Below are positions 9,315 through 22,834 of a stretch of DNA of 64,000 bases, in pieces. Below the pieces are notes generated by a model. That model ran no database searches and was not told where the DNA came from. It saw only the letters and a list, made by a program, of their open reading frames with translations. Position numbers and translations under genes: made by a program. The first letter of the stretch is position 1, and each line of letters opens with the position of its first letter. Source of the DNA: an uncultured Erysipelotrichaceae bacterium (GTDB lineage: Bacteria; Bacillota_I; Bacilli_A; RFN20; CAG-826); contig CAMVEL010000007.1 in the NCBI GenBank assembly GCA_947166565.1, positions 7,323-71,322 on the forward strand, given 5' to 3'.

Positions 9315-12044
9315 TTAGGCCACCTCGTCTGGGGTGACCACTTCTTCAACGGCTTCTTCCTCGCCTTCGGATTCGATGACATCGTCATTATCGACGGTGC
9401 CTTCTTCGAATTCGTCTTCATCGCTCACATCAGAATGCGGGATGATGGCAACCGAAGCAACCCTGGCGCTATCTTCGACGGAGATGATCTTGACGCCCAT
9501 GGTATTGCGGGAAGCGATCTTGACCTCGGATAGAGGTGTGCGGATAACGATGCCCTTTGTCGTGACGACAAGAAGGTCTTCGTCGCCGTTGACGGCCCTG
9601 ACGATAACGAGCTTGCCGGTTTTTGGAGAAGCTTTGACGGTAATAACGCCTTTGGCACCACGTTTGGTGAGGCGGTATCCATCATAATGGCGGCCATCCT
9701 CGGTATCGGTGTCTTTGGCGTAGGAGATTTTTCCATAGCCGCGGTTAGTGAGGACAAGGATCTTGTCGCCTTCGCCTTGGACGGCGATGCCAACGATTTC
9801 GGAACCGTCGCCAAGATCCATGCCACGGACGCCGGCGGCGGTACGACCCATCGCACGGACGTCTTCTTCATGGAAGCTGACGAGTTTGCCGTTGCTTGAA
9901 GCAAGGGCGACGATATCGTTGCCGCAGGTACGTTTGACGTCGAAGAGGTCATCGCCTTCGCGTAGACCAACAGCGATCTTACCATTGGAATGGATGGAGG
10001 CGAATTCCTTTAAGGACGTGCGTTTGACGATACCATTCTTCGTAACAAAGAAGAGGTAGTTGTCTTCTGGATAATCTTCGCATGGCATGATGGCGACGAC
10101 TTTCTCATCCTTATCGAGGTTGAGGAAGTTTTGGGCCGGGACGCCTTTTCCTGTCCTACCAGAATCTGGAATCTGGTGGCCGCGTAAGCGATAAACCTTG
10201 CCCAAAGATGAGAAGAAGAGGATGTCGGTATGGGTCTTCGTGTGCTTAATGAGCCTCACGATGTCGTTGCCGACGGTCTTCATGCCGGTGACGCCGACAC
10301 CGCCGCGGTGTTGGGCGGAGAAGGTGTCGTCATCGACCCTTTTGATATAACCGTTCTTGGTAAGGGCGATGATGATGTTCTTTTGTGGGATGAGGTCCTC
10401 GTTTTCGATATCGGCGGCCGCATCGGAAATCTCCGTACGTCTCCTATCGCCAAAGCGAGATTTGATTTCCTCAAGCTCGACGATCATCTGGTCGATGATG
10501 TTGTCCCTGGAGGAAAGGAGACGGTTGTATTCGGCGATGTTCGCTTCAAGAGTGCTCTTTTCGGCGTTGAGTTTGTCTTGCTCCATACCTTGCAAACGGC
10601 GGAGGGTCATCGCAAGGATCGCGTCGCATTGAGGTTGGGTCAATCCGAATCTCCCATTCAAACGTAGCGAGGATTCCTCATCGTTTTTCGAGTCACGGAT
10701 GATGTGAATGACTTCGTCGATGTTATCGTGAGCAAGGATCAAGCCTTCGACGATGTGGAGGCGATCGGTGTCTTTCTTAAGGAGGAATTTGGTCCTTCTG
10801 GTAATAACGGAGACCTGGAATTCAACGTAGTCCTTAAGGAGAGGGATGATGCCCAAGGTCTTTGGGGCCCCATCTTCAAGGCAGAGGTTGATGATACCGA
10901 AATTGCATTGAAGGGCGGTATGCTTAAGCAAATTGTTCGCGACGACTTCGGGAATGGTGTCTTTCCTGATGTCAATTACGACACGGATCTCGCCTTTTGA
11001 TGATTCGTCGCGGATACCGGTGATGCCATCAATGACCTTATCGCGGACCAATTGACCAATGTTTTCGACAAGGGCCGATTTGTTGACTTGATAAGGGATT
11101 TCGGTGACGATGATTTGGGATTTGCCGTTATCAAGGTCATCGATATGGTATTTGGCGCGGACCGTGACGGTGCCGGTTCCGGTGGTATAGGCATCGAGGA
11201 TTCCCTGTCTTCCAAGGATAATACCGCCGCCTGGGAAATCCGGACCAAAGAGGTATTCGGTCATGATTTCCTGAGGGGTGATTTCGGGATTCTTGGCAAC
11301 CGCGATGGTCGCGTTGATCGCCTCAGTTAGGTTATGTGGAGCCATGTTGGTGGCCATACCGACCGCGATACCCTGGGACCCATTGACGAGGAGATCAGGG
11401 AAGCGAGATGGCAAAACCTCTGGTTCGACTTCGGTGCCGTCGTAGTTAGGCATGAAGTTGACGGTATCCTTATCGATATCGCGAACCATTTCGAGGGAGA
11501 GCTTGTTCATCCTGGCCTCGGTATAACGCATAGCCGCGGGTTCATCGCCGTCGATGGAACCGAAGTTTCCGTGTCCATCAACAAGGGGATAACGCAACGA
11601 GAAATTCTGCGCCATACGGGCAAGCGTTCCATATAGGGCGGAGTCGCCGTGGGGGTGATATTTACCCATGACGTCACCAACGATACGAGCGCATTTCTTA
11701 TGTGGCTTATTCGGAGTGATGCCGGCTTCGTTCATGCCATAGATAATTCTGCGTTGGACTGGTTTCAAACCATCGCGAACATCGGGGATTGCACGGGAAA
11801 CGATGACGGACATAGAGTAATCAAGGAAGGCGGTTCGGACTTCTTTGACGACATCCCTATCAATCATCTCGGGGATGATTCCGCTTTTAGCCGCCTCTTC
11901 GCCAAACATCGCATCCGCGCTTTGGGCGCCTTCGCGATTGCCGGCGACGACCGTGATGCCCTCACGGTTTTCTTCGGTTTCGGATTCTTCTTCGTTTTCC
12001 TCAGCTTCTTCTTCGAGGATATCTTTTTCTTCTTCGTTAATCAT
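9315..12044 (-). CDS. gyrA: DNA gyrase subunit A. It has an acidic N-terminal extension of about 50 aa and an acidic C-terminal tail.
   Basis: AMRYTEARM with the active-site Tyr and the QRRIIYGM motif are present. A strong GGAGG RBS lies 9 nt before ATG 12044. Confidence 0.95.
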   Translation of the reverse strand: MINEEEKDILEEEAEENEEESETEENREGITVVAGNREGAQSADAMFGEEAAKSGIIPEMIDRDVVKEVRTAFLDYSMSVIVSRAIPDVRDGLKPVQRRIIYGMNEAGITPNKPHKKCARIVGDVMGKYHPHGDSALYGTLARMAQNFSLRYPLVDGHGNFGSIDGDEPAAMRYTEARMNKLSLEMVRDIDKDTVNFMPNYDGTEVEPEVLPSRFPDLLVNGSQGIAVGMATNMAPHNLTEAINATIAVAKNPEITPQEIMTEYLFGPDFPGGGIILGRQGILDAYTTGTGTVTVRAKYHIDDLDNGKSQIIVTEIPYQVNKSALVENIGQLVRDKVIDGITGIRDESSKGEIRVVIDIRKDTIPEVVANNLLKHTALQCNFGIINLCLEDGAPKTLGIIPLLKDYVEFQVSVITRRTKFLLKKDTDRLHIVEGLILAHDNIDEVIHIIRDSKNDEESSLRLNGRFGLTQPQCDAILAMTLRRLQGMEQDKLNAEKSTLEANIAEYNRLLSSRDNIIDQMIVELEEIKSRFGDRRRTEISDAAADIENEDLIPQKNIIIALTKNGYIKRVDDDTFSAQHRGGVGVTGMKTVGNDIVRLIKHTKTHTDILFFSSLGKVYRLRGHQIPDSGRTGKGVPAQNFLNLDKDEKVVAIMPCEDYPEDNYLFFVTKNGIVKRTSLKEFASIHSNGKIAVGLREGDDLFDVKRTCGNDIVALASSNGKLVSFHEEDVRAMGRTAAGVRGMDLGDGSEIVGIAVQGEGDKILVLTNRGYGKISYAKDTDTEDGRHYDGYRLTKRGAKGVITVKASPKTGKLVIVRAVNGDEDLLVVTTKGIVIRTPLSEVKIASRNTMGVKIISVEDSARVASVAIIPHSDVSDEDEFEEGTVDNDDVIESEGEEEAVEEVVTPDEVA

Positions 12045-12065
12045 TCGAAAATCCCTCCTTTTTCA

Positions 12066-15212
<3,147 letters not shown>

Positions 15213-15216
<4 letters not shown>

Positions 15217-15431
15217 CTGGTAACCTCGAATCTTTGACCAAGGACCTCGACGATTTCTCCTCCTCGGAGTTTTCTACCCCTACGGTTGTCGAGCTCACCA
15301 TCGATGAGGACTTCGTTCTTTTGAAGGAAGAACTTCGCCTCGGCTCCGTTATCGATTATTGAAACGAATTTGAGGAATTGACCGAGGGTTATGTATTCGG
15401 TCGTGATTTTCACCTTCTTGATTCCGTCCAT
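15213..15431 (-). CDS. yaaA: S4-domain RNA-binding protein YaaA
   Basis: It is 72 aa with an S4 fold (RRGRKL). It sits in the conserved position between dnaN and recF. Confidence 0.85.
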
Positions 15432-15546
15432 AAAAGGCCCTTTCTAAGACACGGATATAGTTTACTACATAGTAGTAAAAAGCGCTAGGGTTTTCCTAAC
15501 GCTTTTTTAACTTTTTTTCTTTGGATTTTTTTAGGCTCGAGAAGGC

Positions 15547-16668
15547 TTAATAAGCATGCATTGGAGTGATTAATTCAATGGCCGAATCATCTTTGGGGTC
15601 TTTGACGACGAAAGGCCTCATTTCGGCTTGGAAGCAAATCGTGACATCCTCGGTTTTTAGAGCTTTGATGGCATCGATGACGAAAAGGGAATTGAAGGTA
15701 ACTTCCAATCTTTCGCCTTCATAGGAGAATGTTTTGATTGGCTCGTTGCCAGATCCATGGCGGTCGCTCTTAACGGAGACTTCGACATGGTCTTCGCTCA
15801 TGGAAAGTTTAACCGCGTATTCCTTATCGGCCGAAAGAACGGCGATACGGCCCATGGCGTTTAGCAATTCTTGGGAATTGACTTGGAGTTTGTAGTTGCA
15901 AACGGTTGGGATAATCGAACGGGTGACTGGATAATCTCCAGGGATAAGCCTTGTAGAAACAACGTTGCCATCGAACATAAAGAGGGCTTTCTTATCCGAG
16001 ATGAAGATCCTCGTTTCCAAGGCACCTTCCATCAAACGGACGATATCTGTGAGAATCCTAGCGGGGATATTCGTGCGGAAGGAAACGTCGCTATCGATCT
16101 TCACTGATTTCCTAGCAAGCCTCGCAGAATCCGTTGCGGTCGCGGTCAAAACACCGTCTTTGGCCTCCAAATTCAAAGCCGTTAAAATGGCCCTTTGTTC
16201 TTTGCCGGAGGCGGCGAAGGCGCTTTGGGAAACCAAATCCGCAAGTACGTTGCAAGGGATGGTGAGTTCGGTTCCGCTCGGTTCTAAGTCGATGTCTGGG
16301 TATTCGTCCGCGGAAGCGCAATTGATTCTGAATAGAGAATGCCCGTCTTCTATTTTCGCGACTGCGTTATCGACGATATCGAGGAAAACCATTTCCCCTT
16401 CCATTCTTCTGACGATTTCGGTCATCATGCGGGCGTCTACCATCGCGGAGCCACGAACCGCATTAGTAATAATCGTGCGGTCGCCTAATATGTAGGGAAC
16501 CGTTGAACGGATCGTTATTTCGTTATTGGATCCAGTAACTTCCATACCGCGTTCAGTTAGATCCAATTTAAAATTCGAAAGGACGGCTACCGGATTCTTT
16601 GGGGCGATAGCGTGGTAGGCGTTTGTTAGCGCCGCGAGGAAACGTTCTTTGTTAATCGTTAGACGCAT
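15547..16668 (-). CDS. dnaN: DNA polymerase III beta sliding clamp
   Basis: Full-length three-domain beta clamp of 373 aa. Confidence 0.95.
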   Translation of the reverse strand: MRLTINKERFLAALTNAYHAIAPKNPVAVLSNFKLDLTERGMEVTGSNNEITIRSTVPYILGDRTIITNAVRGSAMVDARMMTEIVRRMEGEMVFLDIVDNAVAKIEDGHSLFRINCASADEYPDIDLEPSGTELTIPCNVLADLVSQSAFAASGKEQRAILTALNLEAKDGVLTATATDSARLARKSVKIDSDVSFRTNIPARILTDIVRLMEGALETRIFISDKKALFMFDGNVVSTRLIPGDYPVTRSIIPTVCNYKLQVNSQELLNAMGRIAVLSADKEYAVKLSMSEDHVEVSVKSDRHGSGNEPIKTFSYEGERLEVTFNSLFVIDAIKALKTEDVTICFQAEMRPFVVKDPKDDSAIELITPMHAY

Positions 16669-16718
16669 AATTAATTCCTTTCATTCAAATTCTTTTTTCT
16701 TTTAATAGAGTTAAGCGG

Positions 16719-16736
16719 TGTGGATTGTGTGGATAA
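16719..16736. promoter_or_regulatory. Tandem DnaA boxes in the dnaA-dnaN intergenic part of oriC (incC-like). An adjacent AT-rich stretch (16785-16812) is a likely DUE.
   Basis: TGTGGATTG lies at 16719-16727. The perfect consensus TGTGGATAA lies at 16728-16736. Confidence 0.7.
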
Positions 16737-16809
16737 CTCGCCGTTTGGCTGTTCCTTATGATACCACCTTCCGCATTGGATTCATATCCTTTTATTTAAT
16801 AAATAAACC

Positions 16810-18177
16810 TTATTTGGATAATTTGTTTTTTATCTCGTTTATGGCTGTCCCCATATCCGGGTCGTTTTTCAACTCTCTTTCCACTTTCGAGATACCGCTC
16901 AAGACGGTGGAATGATCCTTACCGCCAAATGCTTGACCTATCTTAATCAAGGGTGTTCCGAGCATTTCCCTATCGAGATACATAGCGATATGACGGGCCA
17001 TGGCCACGCGGCTTGTGCGTATCTTGCCGGTGATTTGGGATGGGGTTAATGAATAGTAATTAGCCACTGCAGCAATAATCTTGTTTTCCGTCAATTCATC
17101 CTGGCTTTCGTGAGCTTCTATCAAAGACCTTATAGCTTCCGAAACGACGCTCATGGTGATGTGCTTTGTTGGCTTGATGTTGATCGTGTAGAAGACCAAT
17201 CTCGTTAATGCACCCTCGAGATCCCTTACGTTGGAACAGAACTTCCTAGCGAGGAAGGAAATGACTTCTTCATCGAAGTCCTTTACGTCTAACCCATGCA
17301 TGGGTATCTTCGATTTCAATATGTTCTCACTAGTTTCAAGATCCGGTTTATCAATGCTTAGGACTAAGCCCTGCGAGAACCTCGATTTGAGTCTTTCGTC
17401 AATTCCGTCTAGATTATTTGGATGCTGATCGGAGGTAATGACAACCTGCTTGTTCGCGTTGATCAACGTTTGGAAAGCATCGAAGAACATTTCCATCGTT
17501 TTGGCTTTCTGCTTCAATAGTTGAATATCGTCAATCAAAAACAAATCAACGTCTTTTCTAAAGAAATCCGTGAAGGATTTAACGCCCTTATAACCGGTCG
17601 CGTATTTCACGTATTCGTTGATGAAATCCGAAGTGGAAAGGAAGAGGACCCTGGCTCCCGGGTTTTTCTCTCTAACAGCATTGCCGATCGCTTGCAAAAG
17701 GTGGGTTTTGCCTAAACCTGGGCCAGAGTATAGAAGCAAAGGGTTATAAAGCTGACCCGGCGTGGAAGCGATCATCAAAGACGCTTGATAAGCCTCTCTA
17801 TTCGATGGTCCGACAATAAAATTGTCGAAAGTGAACTGTTTATTTAAATGCGAAGAAGTGAAATATTGAGGAATCGAATCGTCTTTTGCTTCTTGGGTTT
17901 GACTTGAAGAGGAAGAAGCCACGAATTCAGCGTGGAAATCGGTTCCGGTGACATTATGGAGAACCTCGTCGATGGTTTCCGAGAATTTAGATTTCAAAAC
18001 GGCTGCCGCAACGGGAGTTGAAACGTTTACCGTAATAACATTATTATCTACGCGTGTGGCGTCCGTGCCTGCGAAAAAGCTATCGAAAATCCTTTGTTCG
18101 ATTTTGCCTTTTAATTCCTTCAGGGTCAGTTCCCAGATTGCCTTAAGTTCAGAAATGGTTTCATTCATAATATTCAC
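16810..18177 (-). CDS. dnaA: Chromosomal replication initiator DnaA
   Basis: AAA+ Walker A GPGLGKTHL and the C-terminal DNA-binding domain are present. It is 455 aa. Confidence 0.97.
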   Translation of the reverse strand: MNIMNETISELKAIWELTLKELKGKIEQRIFDSFFAGTDATRVDNNVITVNVSTPVAAAVLKSKFSETIDEVLHNVTGTDFHAEFVASSSSSQTQEAKDDSIPQYFTSSHLNKQFTFDNFIVGPSNREAYQASLMIASTPGQLYNPLLLYSGPGLGKTHLLQAIGNAVREKNPGARVLFLSTSDFINEYVKYATGYKGVKSFTDFFRKDVDLFLIDDIQLLKQKAKTMEMFFDAFQTLINANKQVVITSDQHPNNLDGIDERLKSRFSQGLVLSIDKPDLETSENILKSKIPMHGLDVKDFDEEVISFLARKFCSNVRDLEGALTRLVFYTINIKPTKHITMSVVSEAIRSLIEAHESQDELTENKIIAAVANYYSLTPSQITGKIRTSRVAMARHIAMYLDREMLGTPLIKIGQAFGGKDHSTVLSGISKVERELKNDPDMGTAINEIKNKLSK

Positions 18178-18189
18178 CTCCGGTATTTT

Positions 18190-18470
18190 GACATTTCCAC
18201 AATAAAAAGCAACTAAAATTTTAACATCATTGATTTTTCCACAATTTAACTTATATTCGGCAAAAAATGGCCTATTTATGGAGTTTTCAACTTTTCCACA
18301 TTGTGGATTAAATGTGGTAAAAATTACCCATATTCAAACCGTTGTGGAAAACTTATTTTTGCTAGGTGTTGCCAACATAGAAAACAGCTTCTTTTACATG
18401 CTGCAAAACGAAGAAATTAGACATTTCCCACAATTATCAACAAAATGCAATCAACATGGCTGTGGGAACG
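18190..18470. other. oriC: oriC: AT-rich region with at least seven DnaA-box-like 9-mers, mostly TTTTCCACA/TGTGGAAAA variants
   Basis: Boxes lie at 18194-18202, 18235-18243, 18292-18300, 18302-18310, 18343-18351, 18424-18432 and 18461-18469. The region sits between dnaA and rpmH. Confidence 0.8.
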
Positions 18471-18614
18471 CTGTTTCGAAGAGGTTTTTTGGATGGAAAA
18501 CGAGGATAAAAACAATGGGGATATTTTTTGTTAATCTTTCGGATTTCCCATCTCCAAATTCTTTCGATGCCGAAATTGGTGTTTTTTGGTGTTGTTTGCC
18601 CGCGGTCGCGCCCG

Positions 18615-18620
18615 TATAAT
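18615..18620 (+). promoter_or_regulatory. -10 element TATAAT for the rpmH-rnpA operon
   Basis: CCCGTATAAT lies 33 nt upstream of the rpmH ATG. Confidence 0.5.
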
Positions 18621-18652
18621 ATGCAACGCATCTCAGAAAGGAGAGATTAGCC

Positions 18653-18790
18653 ATGGGAAAGAAAACATACCAACCCTCCAAAGTGAAACACGCTCACAAA
18701 GCCGGATTCCGTGCTCGCATGAAAACTCATTCCGGTAGAAAGATCTTGGCCAAACGTCGCGCCAAGGGACGCGTTCGCCTCGCCGCCTAA
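18653..18790 (+). CDS. rpmH: 50S ribosomal protein L34
   Basis: It translates as [45 protein letters not shown] and is preceded by a GGAGAG RBS. It is too short for the ORF track. Confidence 0.95.
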   Translation: MGKKTYQPSKVKHAHKAGFRARMKTHSGRKILAKRRAKGRVRLAA

Positions 18791-18808
18791 GGCGTTTTCC
18801 TTTTGCCT

Positions 18809-19150
18809 ATGAAGCGAGAACTCAGGGTTAGAAAACACCAAGAATTCGATCGCATCATAAAAGGCGGGAAGAAGATCAAATCCCCCCATTTCAGCTTTTA
18901 TTACGTCGAGGCAGACCCTGCCCAAAAACACTCAAGAATCGGATTGGCCGTATCTAAAGCCAACGGGAAAGCCATCAAAAGAACCCGTATAAAAAGACAA
19001 GTACGCGCCATGCTCACTAAGCGAAATGATTATGGGGATCCGATCGATCTCATCATCGTGATTCGCCCTTCCTACTCGGAAGAGGCGTTTCACGGAAACG
19101 AGGCCGAATTGAACGAATGCCTCAACAAAATCAAGGAATTACTACATTGA
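18809..19150 (+). CDS. rnpA: RNase P protein component
   Basis: It begins MKRELRVRKHQEFDRII and is a basic protein. The listed start at 18803 is a TTG, so ATG 18809 is preferred. Confidence 0.9.
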   Translation: MKRELRVRKHQEFDRIIKGGKKIKSPHFSFYYVEADPAQKHSRIGLAVSKANGKAIKRTRIKRQVRAMLTKRNDYGDPIDLIIVIRPSYSEEAFHGNEAELNECLNKIKELLH

Positions 19151-20829
19151 AACACTCATCGCATAAAAAGTTGTTTGGGGTCCTTGGCATTGGCTTAGGT
19201 CTGATACTTCTTTCAGGTTGCACCGCGAATTTCTGCTCGGAAGATGATAAAGCCCAAATGGCTTATCCTTATGAACAAGGGGTTACGGTTTACTGCACCA
19301 AGGAAGAATATGATTCTTTTAAGGAAGCCAACAAAGAGCTCATTGCCCTAGAGGAAACCCAGAACATCGCCGGTAAGGCAATCGATGGCAACGATAACGT
19401 TTATAGCTATGTCCCTTATAAGGTAGATAGCAACGGGCGTGCCATTTTTTCCGCCGCCAAAGCGAAGAATCTTCAAGATGCCGTTTTGGAAAACGCCTAT
19501 AAATCCGGATATAACCTACCATCTGTAAAATATTGGGCGGAAATAGATAAATACGTTCTTGAAGCGGCTATGTATATGGCAGAACTTCAACAAAATAACG
19601 TTGTTCCGAAATTTAACGTTGAAGATGCAACGAATGTCGCGACCCCCGCTTTTAAAGCCGCGGTCGTCGTTGCCGATCCAACCGAATCCAAATGGTCTAT
19701 TAACCCATATACCAAATCAGATTCGGATATTATCAACGATGAATCGGCGATTCTTCGCAAATCCGTACTCCGTAATTTCGGCCATGTTAAATTCTCCGGG
19801 AAGGATTCCAAATTCTTCGAAAACATCAAATTCTGGAGAAATAAGCTCTATGGCGATTTAGGAAGGGATAACGTTCCCACCGAAGATTTCCAAACACTAT
19901 ATGTGAATACAATCGGGAATCGAGTTCAAAACAACCGTTCCTGCATCGCGACCAAAGACGGCTATTATGGCCATTATGGAACGAACGCGAACTGGGAAGT
20001 TGCGATTTCTAGGAAAGACTGGGGATATGCCTGGAGCAAAGGGTTCCTTGAAGGCTTGTTGATTTTCCCTGTTTCCTGGTTAGTCGATACCTTCGCTTTC
20101 TCCTTCGATGCCAATTTGACTGGATTCGGTCAGATTTGGGCGTTGATTCTTGTTACCCTTATCGTTCGTCTTTTGTTGCTTGGAATCGGATTCCGCTCCA
20201 CCTTATCGCAGCAGAAGATGCAGGCCTTAAAACCTGAATTGGATAAGATTCAAGCCAAATATCCTAACGCGAATACCAACCAAGCCGAAAAAGCACGCCT
20301 AGGACAAGAACAGATGGCCCTTTATCGCCGCAACGGCATTCACCCGTTTGGATCGATGCTTATCATGATTGTCCAATTCCCTGTCTTTATCTGCGTGTGG
20401 GCTGGTTTACAAGGTTCCGCCGCATTATCCACAGGCCAAATCTTCAATATGCGTCTATCCGATAACATCAACAACATCCTCTTTAACGTCAGTGGGGCGT
20501 GGTATACGAACGTCAATGGCTGGTGGACGGCTCTTGTCCTCTTCATCTTGATGGCTACGGTCCAGATTTTCTCGATCATCTTGCCGCGCATCATTCAAAA
20601 GAGGGCCTCCAAGAAAGTTGCGAAGACAAGCGTGAATCCTAACGCTAACGATCAACAAAGACAAATGAGGCTCATTTCCTACATGATGGTTGGCTTCACG
20701 GTTATCATGGGCTTTATGTTACCGTCCGCTATGGGCGTCTATTGGTTAATTTCTGGTCTTATCTCCATGATTCAAACCCTTATCATGCAGACATTGCTAG
20801 CTAGAAAACCAAAGCAAAGGAGAAAATAG
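19117..20829 (+). CDS. yidC: YidC/Oxa1 membrane insertase lipoprotein with a roughly 300-aa extracytoplasmic N-domain. The start is uncertain: ATG 19117 or TTG 19147.
   Basis: It has a lipobox LLSGC and a C-terminal 5-TM YidC core with a basic tail. It overlaps the rnpA 3' end. Confidence 0.85.
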   Translation: MPQQNQGITTLKHSSHKKLFGVLGIGLGLILLSGCTANFCSEDDKAQMAYPYEQGVTVYCTKEEYDSFKEANKELIALEETQNIAGKAIDGNDNVYSYVPYKVDSNGRAIFSAAKAKNLQDAVLENAYKSGYNLPSVKYWAEIDKYVLEAAMYMAELQQNNVVPKFNVEDATNVATPAFKAAVVVADPTESKWSINPYTKSDSDIINDESAILRKSVLRNFGHVKFSGKDSKFFENIKFWRNKLYGDLGRDNVPTEDFQTLYVNTIGNRVQNNRSCIATKDGYYGHYGTNANWEVAISRKDWGYAWSKGFLEGLLIFPVSWLVDTFAFSFDANLTGFGQIWALILVTLIVRLLLLGIGFRSTLSQQKMQALKPELDKIQAKYPNANTNQAEKARLGQEQMALYRRNGIHPFGSMLIMIVQFPVFICVWAGLQGSAALSTGQIFNMRLSDNINNILFNVSGAWYTNVNGWWTALVLFILMATVQIFSIILPRIIQKRASKKVAKTSVNPNANDQQRQMRLISYMMVGFTVIMGFMLPSAMGVYWLISGLISMIQTLIMQTLLARKPKQRRK

Positions 20830-20832
20830 TAT

Positions 20833-21438
20833 ATGAAAGAGTTTACAGCCAAAACGGTTGAAGAAGCTGTCAAAAACGCTTGCGAAGAACTCGGTGTTTC
20901 TGAAAATCACCTCGTCTATCAAATCAAAGAGGAAAAGAAATCCCTCTTCAAAAAAGCTGCTACCATCGCCGTTTACGATATCGAAGACGCGAGGATTTAT
21001 GCGGAAGAATACCTCAAAAACGCCATCACCCCTATGGGAATTGACGTTGAGACCTCTTCCATCGTCGAAGACGAAATCATTAAGGTCGTCCTTGATTCCG
21101 ACCATAACCCAATTCTTATCGGAAAAGGCGGAAGAACGCTACAGGCCCTCAACGAATTGACCAAACTCGCCGTTTCCAACAAGTTCCGTAAGAGATATCG
21201 TGTTCTCCTTGATGTCGCTGATTACAAGACCGACAAATACGAAAAAGTCACCCGCATCGCCATCAGGGTTGCCAAAGAAGTCCGCCGCACCAAAGTTGAT
21301 GCCGAACTTGATCCGATGACTCCAGACGAAAGACGCGTGGTTCACAACGCTCTTTCCTCCTTCAGAGGCGTCAGGACCGAATCCATTGGCGAAGGCAACA
21401 ATCGCCACGTCTGTGTCCGTTACGACGGAGACCGCTAA
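20833..21438 (+). CDS. jag: Jag/KhpB RNA-binding protein with KH and R3H domains
   Basis: It has a KH GKGG motif and the conserved position after yidC. Confidence 0.85.
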   Translation: MKEFTAKTVEEAVKNACEELGVSENHLVYQIKEEKKSLFKKAATIAVYDIEDARIYAEEYLKNAITPMGIDVETSSIVEDEIIKVVLDSDHNPILIGKGGRTLQALNELTKLAVSNKFRKRYRVLLDVADYKTDKYEKVTRIAIRVAKEVRRTKVDAELDPMTPDERRVVHNALSSFRGVRTESIGEGNNRHVCVRYDGDR

Positions 21439-21444
21439 ATAATC

Positions 21445-21478
21445 CCCTTTGGATTGATGAAGTCCAAAGGGTTTTTTC
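21445..21478 (+). terminator. Rho-independent terminator after jag
   Basis: A 9-bp stem CCCTTTGGA / TCCAAAGGG is followed by TTTTTT. Confidence 0.75.
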
Positions 21479-21507
21479 TTGATTGAATCGCGTATAATTT
21501 ACCTGCT

Positions 21508-22830
21508 ATGGAACCTATCATCGCTTTAGCTACACCCCCATTAAAAAGTGCGCTTGCCCTAATTCGTCTTTCTGGTGATGGGGTTTTTGAAGCGGTTGCT
21601 AAATCTATGCGTAAAGACCCGGAAAACTTTTCTAAAAAGAAGATATGGGTTGGCTATTTGTACCATGAAGAGGAAATCATAGACGAAGTCGTTGCCTTCG
21701 TTTACCCTGCTCCAAATTCCTTTACGGGAGAGGACGTGGTCGAGATTTCGTCACATGGATCGATGATCATCGTTAAAGAGATCCTCACGCATTTCTATGC
21801 GCTCGGCATCAGACAAGCCGTTAACGGAGAGTTCTCTTCGCGCGCGTTTTATAATGGTAAGGTTGATTTGGTCGAAGCCGAAGCGATCAACGACATGATT
21901 AACGCGACTACGAAGGAATCTAAGAACTTGGCCCTTCTTTCCCTAAAGGGAGACACCTGTAAACTAATATTCCCTATCTTAAATTGGATAGATGAGACTT
22001 TGGCTACGCTTGAAGTGAATATAGATTATCCGGAATACACCGATATTGAAGAAACCAATTTCAAAGAAATCAAAGCCCAAATAGAAGAGAAAATATCCGA
22101 TCTTAAAAAACTCATAAAAGAAGGCAATCAAGGCAAAATAATAAGAAACGGTATCAAAATTGCTCTTATTGGAGAACCAAACGTTGGGAAGAGTTCGCTT
22201 CTCAATGCTTTGCTAAACGAAGACAAGGCAATCGTTTCCCATATTCCCGGCACCACAAGAGATGTTGTTGAAGGAGATCTTTCCTTAAACGGGATACCTT
22301 TGCACCTTCTTGATACCGCAGGTATCAGGGAATCTGATGATTACGTCGAGACCCTTGGTATTTTAAAAAGCCGCAAATCCATTGAGGAGGCCGATTTGAT
22401 TATTTGGCTAAGCGATGCCTCCAATAAAGAAGAAAACCAAAAGGCCTTTGAAGAGGTTTGCAAGGGTAAAAAACTAATACATGTCTTCAACAAATCCGAT
22501 TTAATTGAAGGAAAAGATGACGGGAAATTATATGTTTCCGCAGCCAAGAACGACATCGAGCCTTTGAAGAAGGCCATTATCGATATCCTCGGCCTTGATG
22601 ATAGCTCTTTCGAAACGCCAAGTTTCTCTAACGCTAGGGAGCTTTCTCTTTTGGAGAAAATCAAAATAACTTTGGAAGAATGCAAAGACTCTATTGAGAA
22701 TGGAATGACAAGCGATTTGATTTCCGCTTCGTTGCAAGAAGCGAGACTATACGGGAAAGAACTTATCGGTCAGGATGTATCCATGGATTTAAGCGATGAG
22801 ATTTTTTCTCGCTTCTGCGTAGGAAAATAA
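21508..22830 (+). CDS. mnmE: tRNA modification GTPase MnmE
   Basis: The G1 motif GEPNVGKSS and the C-terminal CVGK motif are present. TATAAT lies 10 nt upstream with no SD. Confidence 0.93.
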   Translation: MEPIIALATPPLKSALALIRLSGDGVFEAVAKSMRKDPENFSKKKIWVGYLYHEEEIIDEVVAFVYPAPNSFTGEDVVEISSHGSMIIVKEILTHFYALGIRQAVNGEFSSRAFYNGKVDLVEAEAINDMINATTKESKNLALLSLKGDTCKLIFPILNWIDETLATLEVNIDYPEYTDIEETNFKEIKAQIEEKISDLKKLIKEGNQGKIIRNGIKIALIGEPNVGKSSLLNALLNEDKAIVSHIPGTTRDVVEGDLSLNGIPLHLLDTAGIRESDDYVETLGILKSRKSIEEADLIIWLSDASNKEENQKAFEEVCKGKKLIHVFNKSDLIEGKDDGKLYVSAAKNDIEPLKKAIIDILGLDDSSFETPSFSNARELSLLEKIKITLEECKDSIENGMTSDLISASLQEARLYGKELIGQDVSMDLSDEIFSRFCVGK

Positions 22831-22834
22831 AGAG

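Noticed and set aside
18178-18652. Small ORFs (129, 64 and 76 aa) in the dnaA-rpmH gap
   Set aside because: The region is the AT-rich oriC with DnaA boxes, and the ORFs are low-complexity and unconserved.
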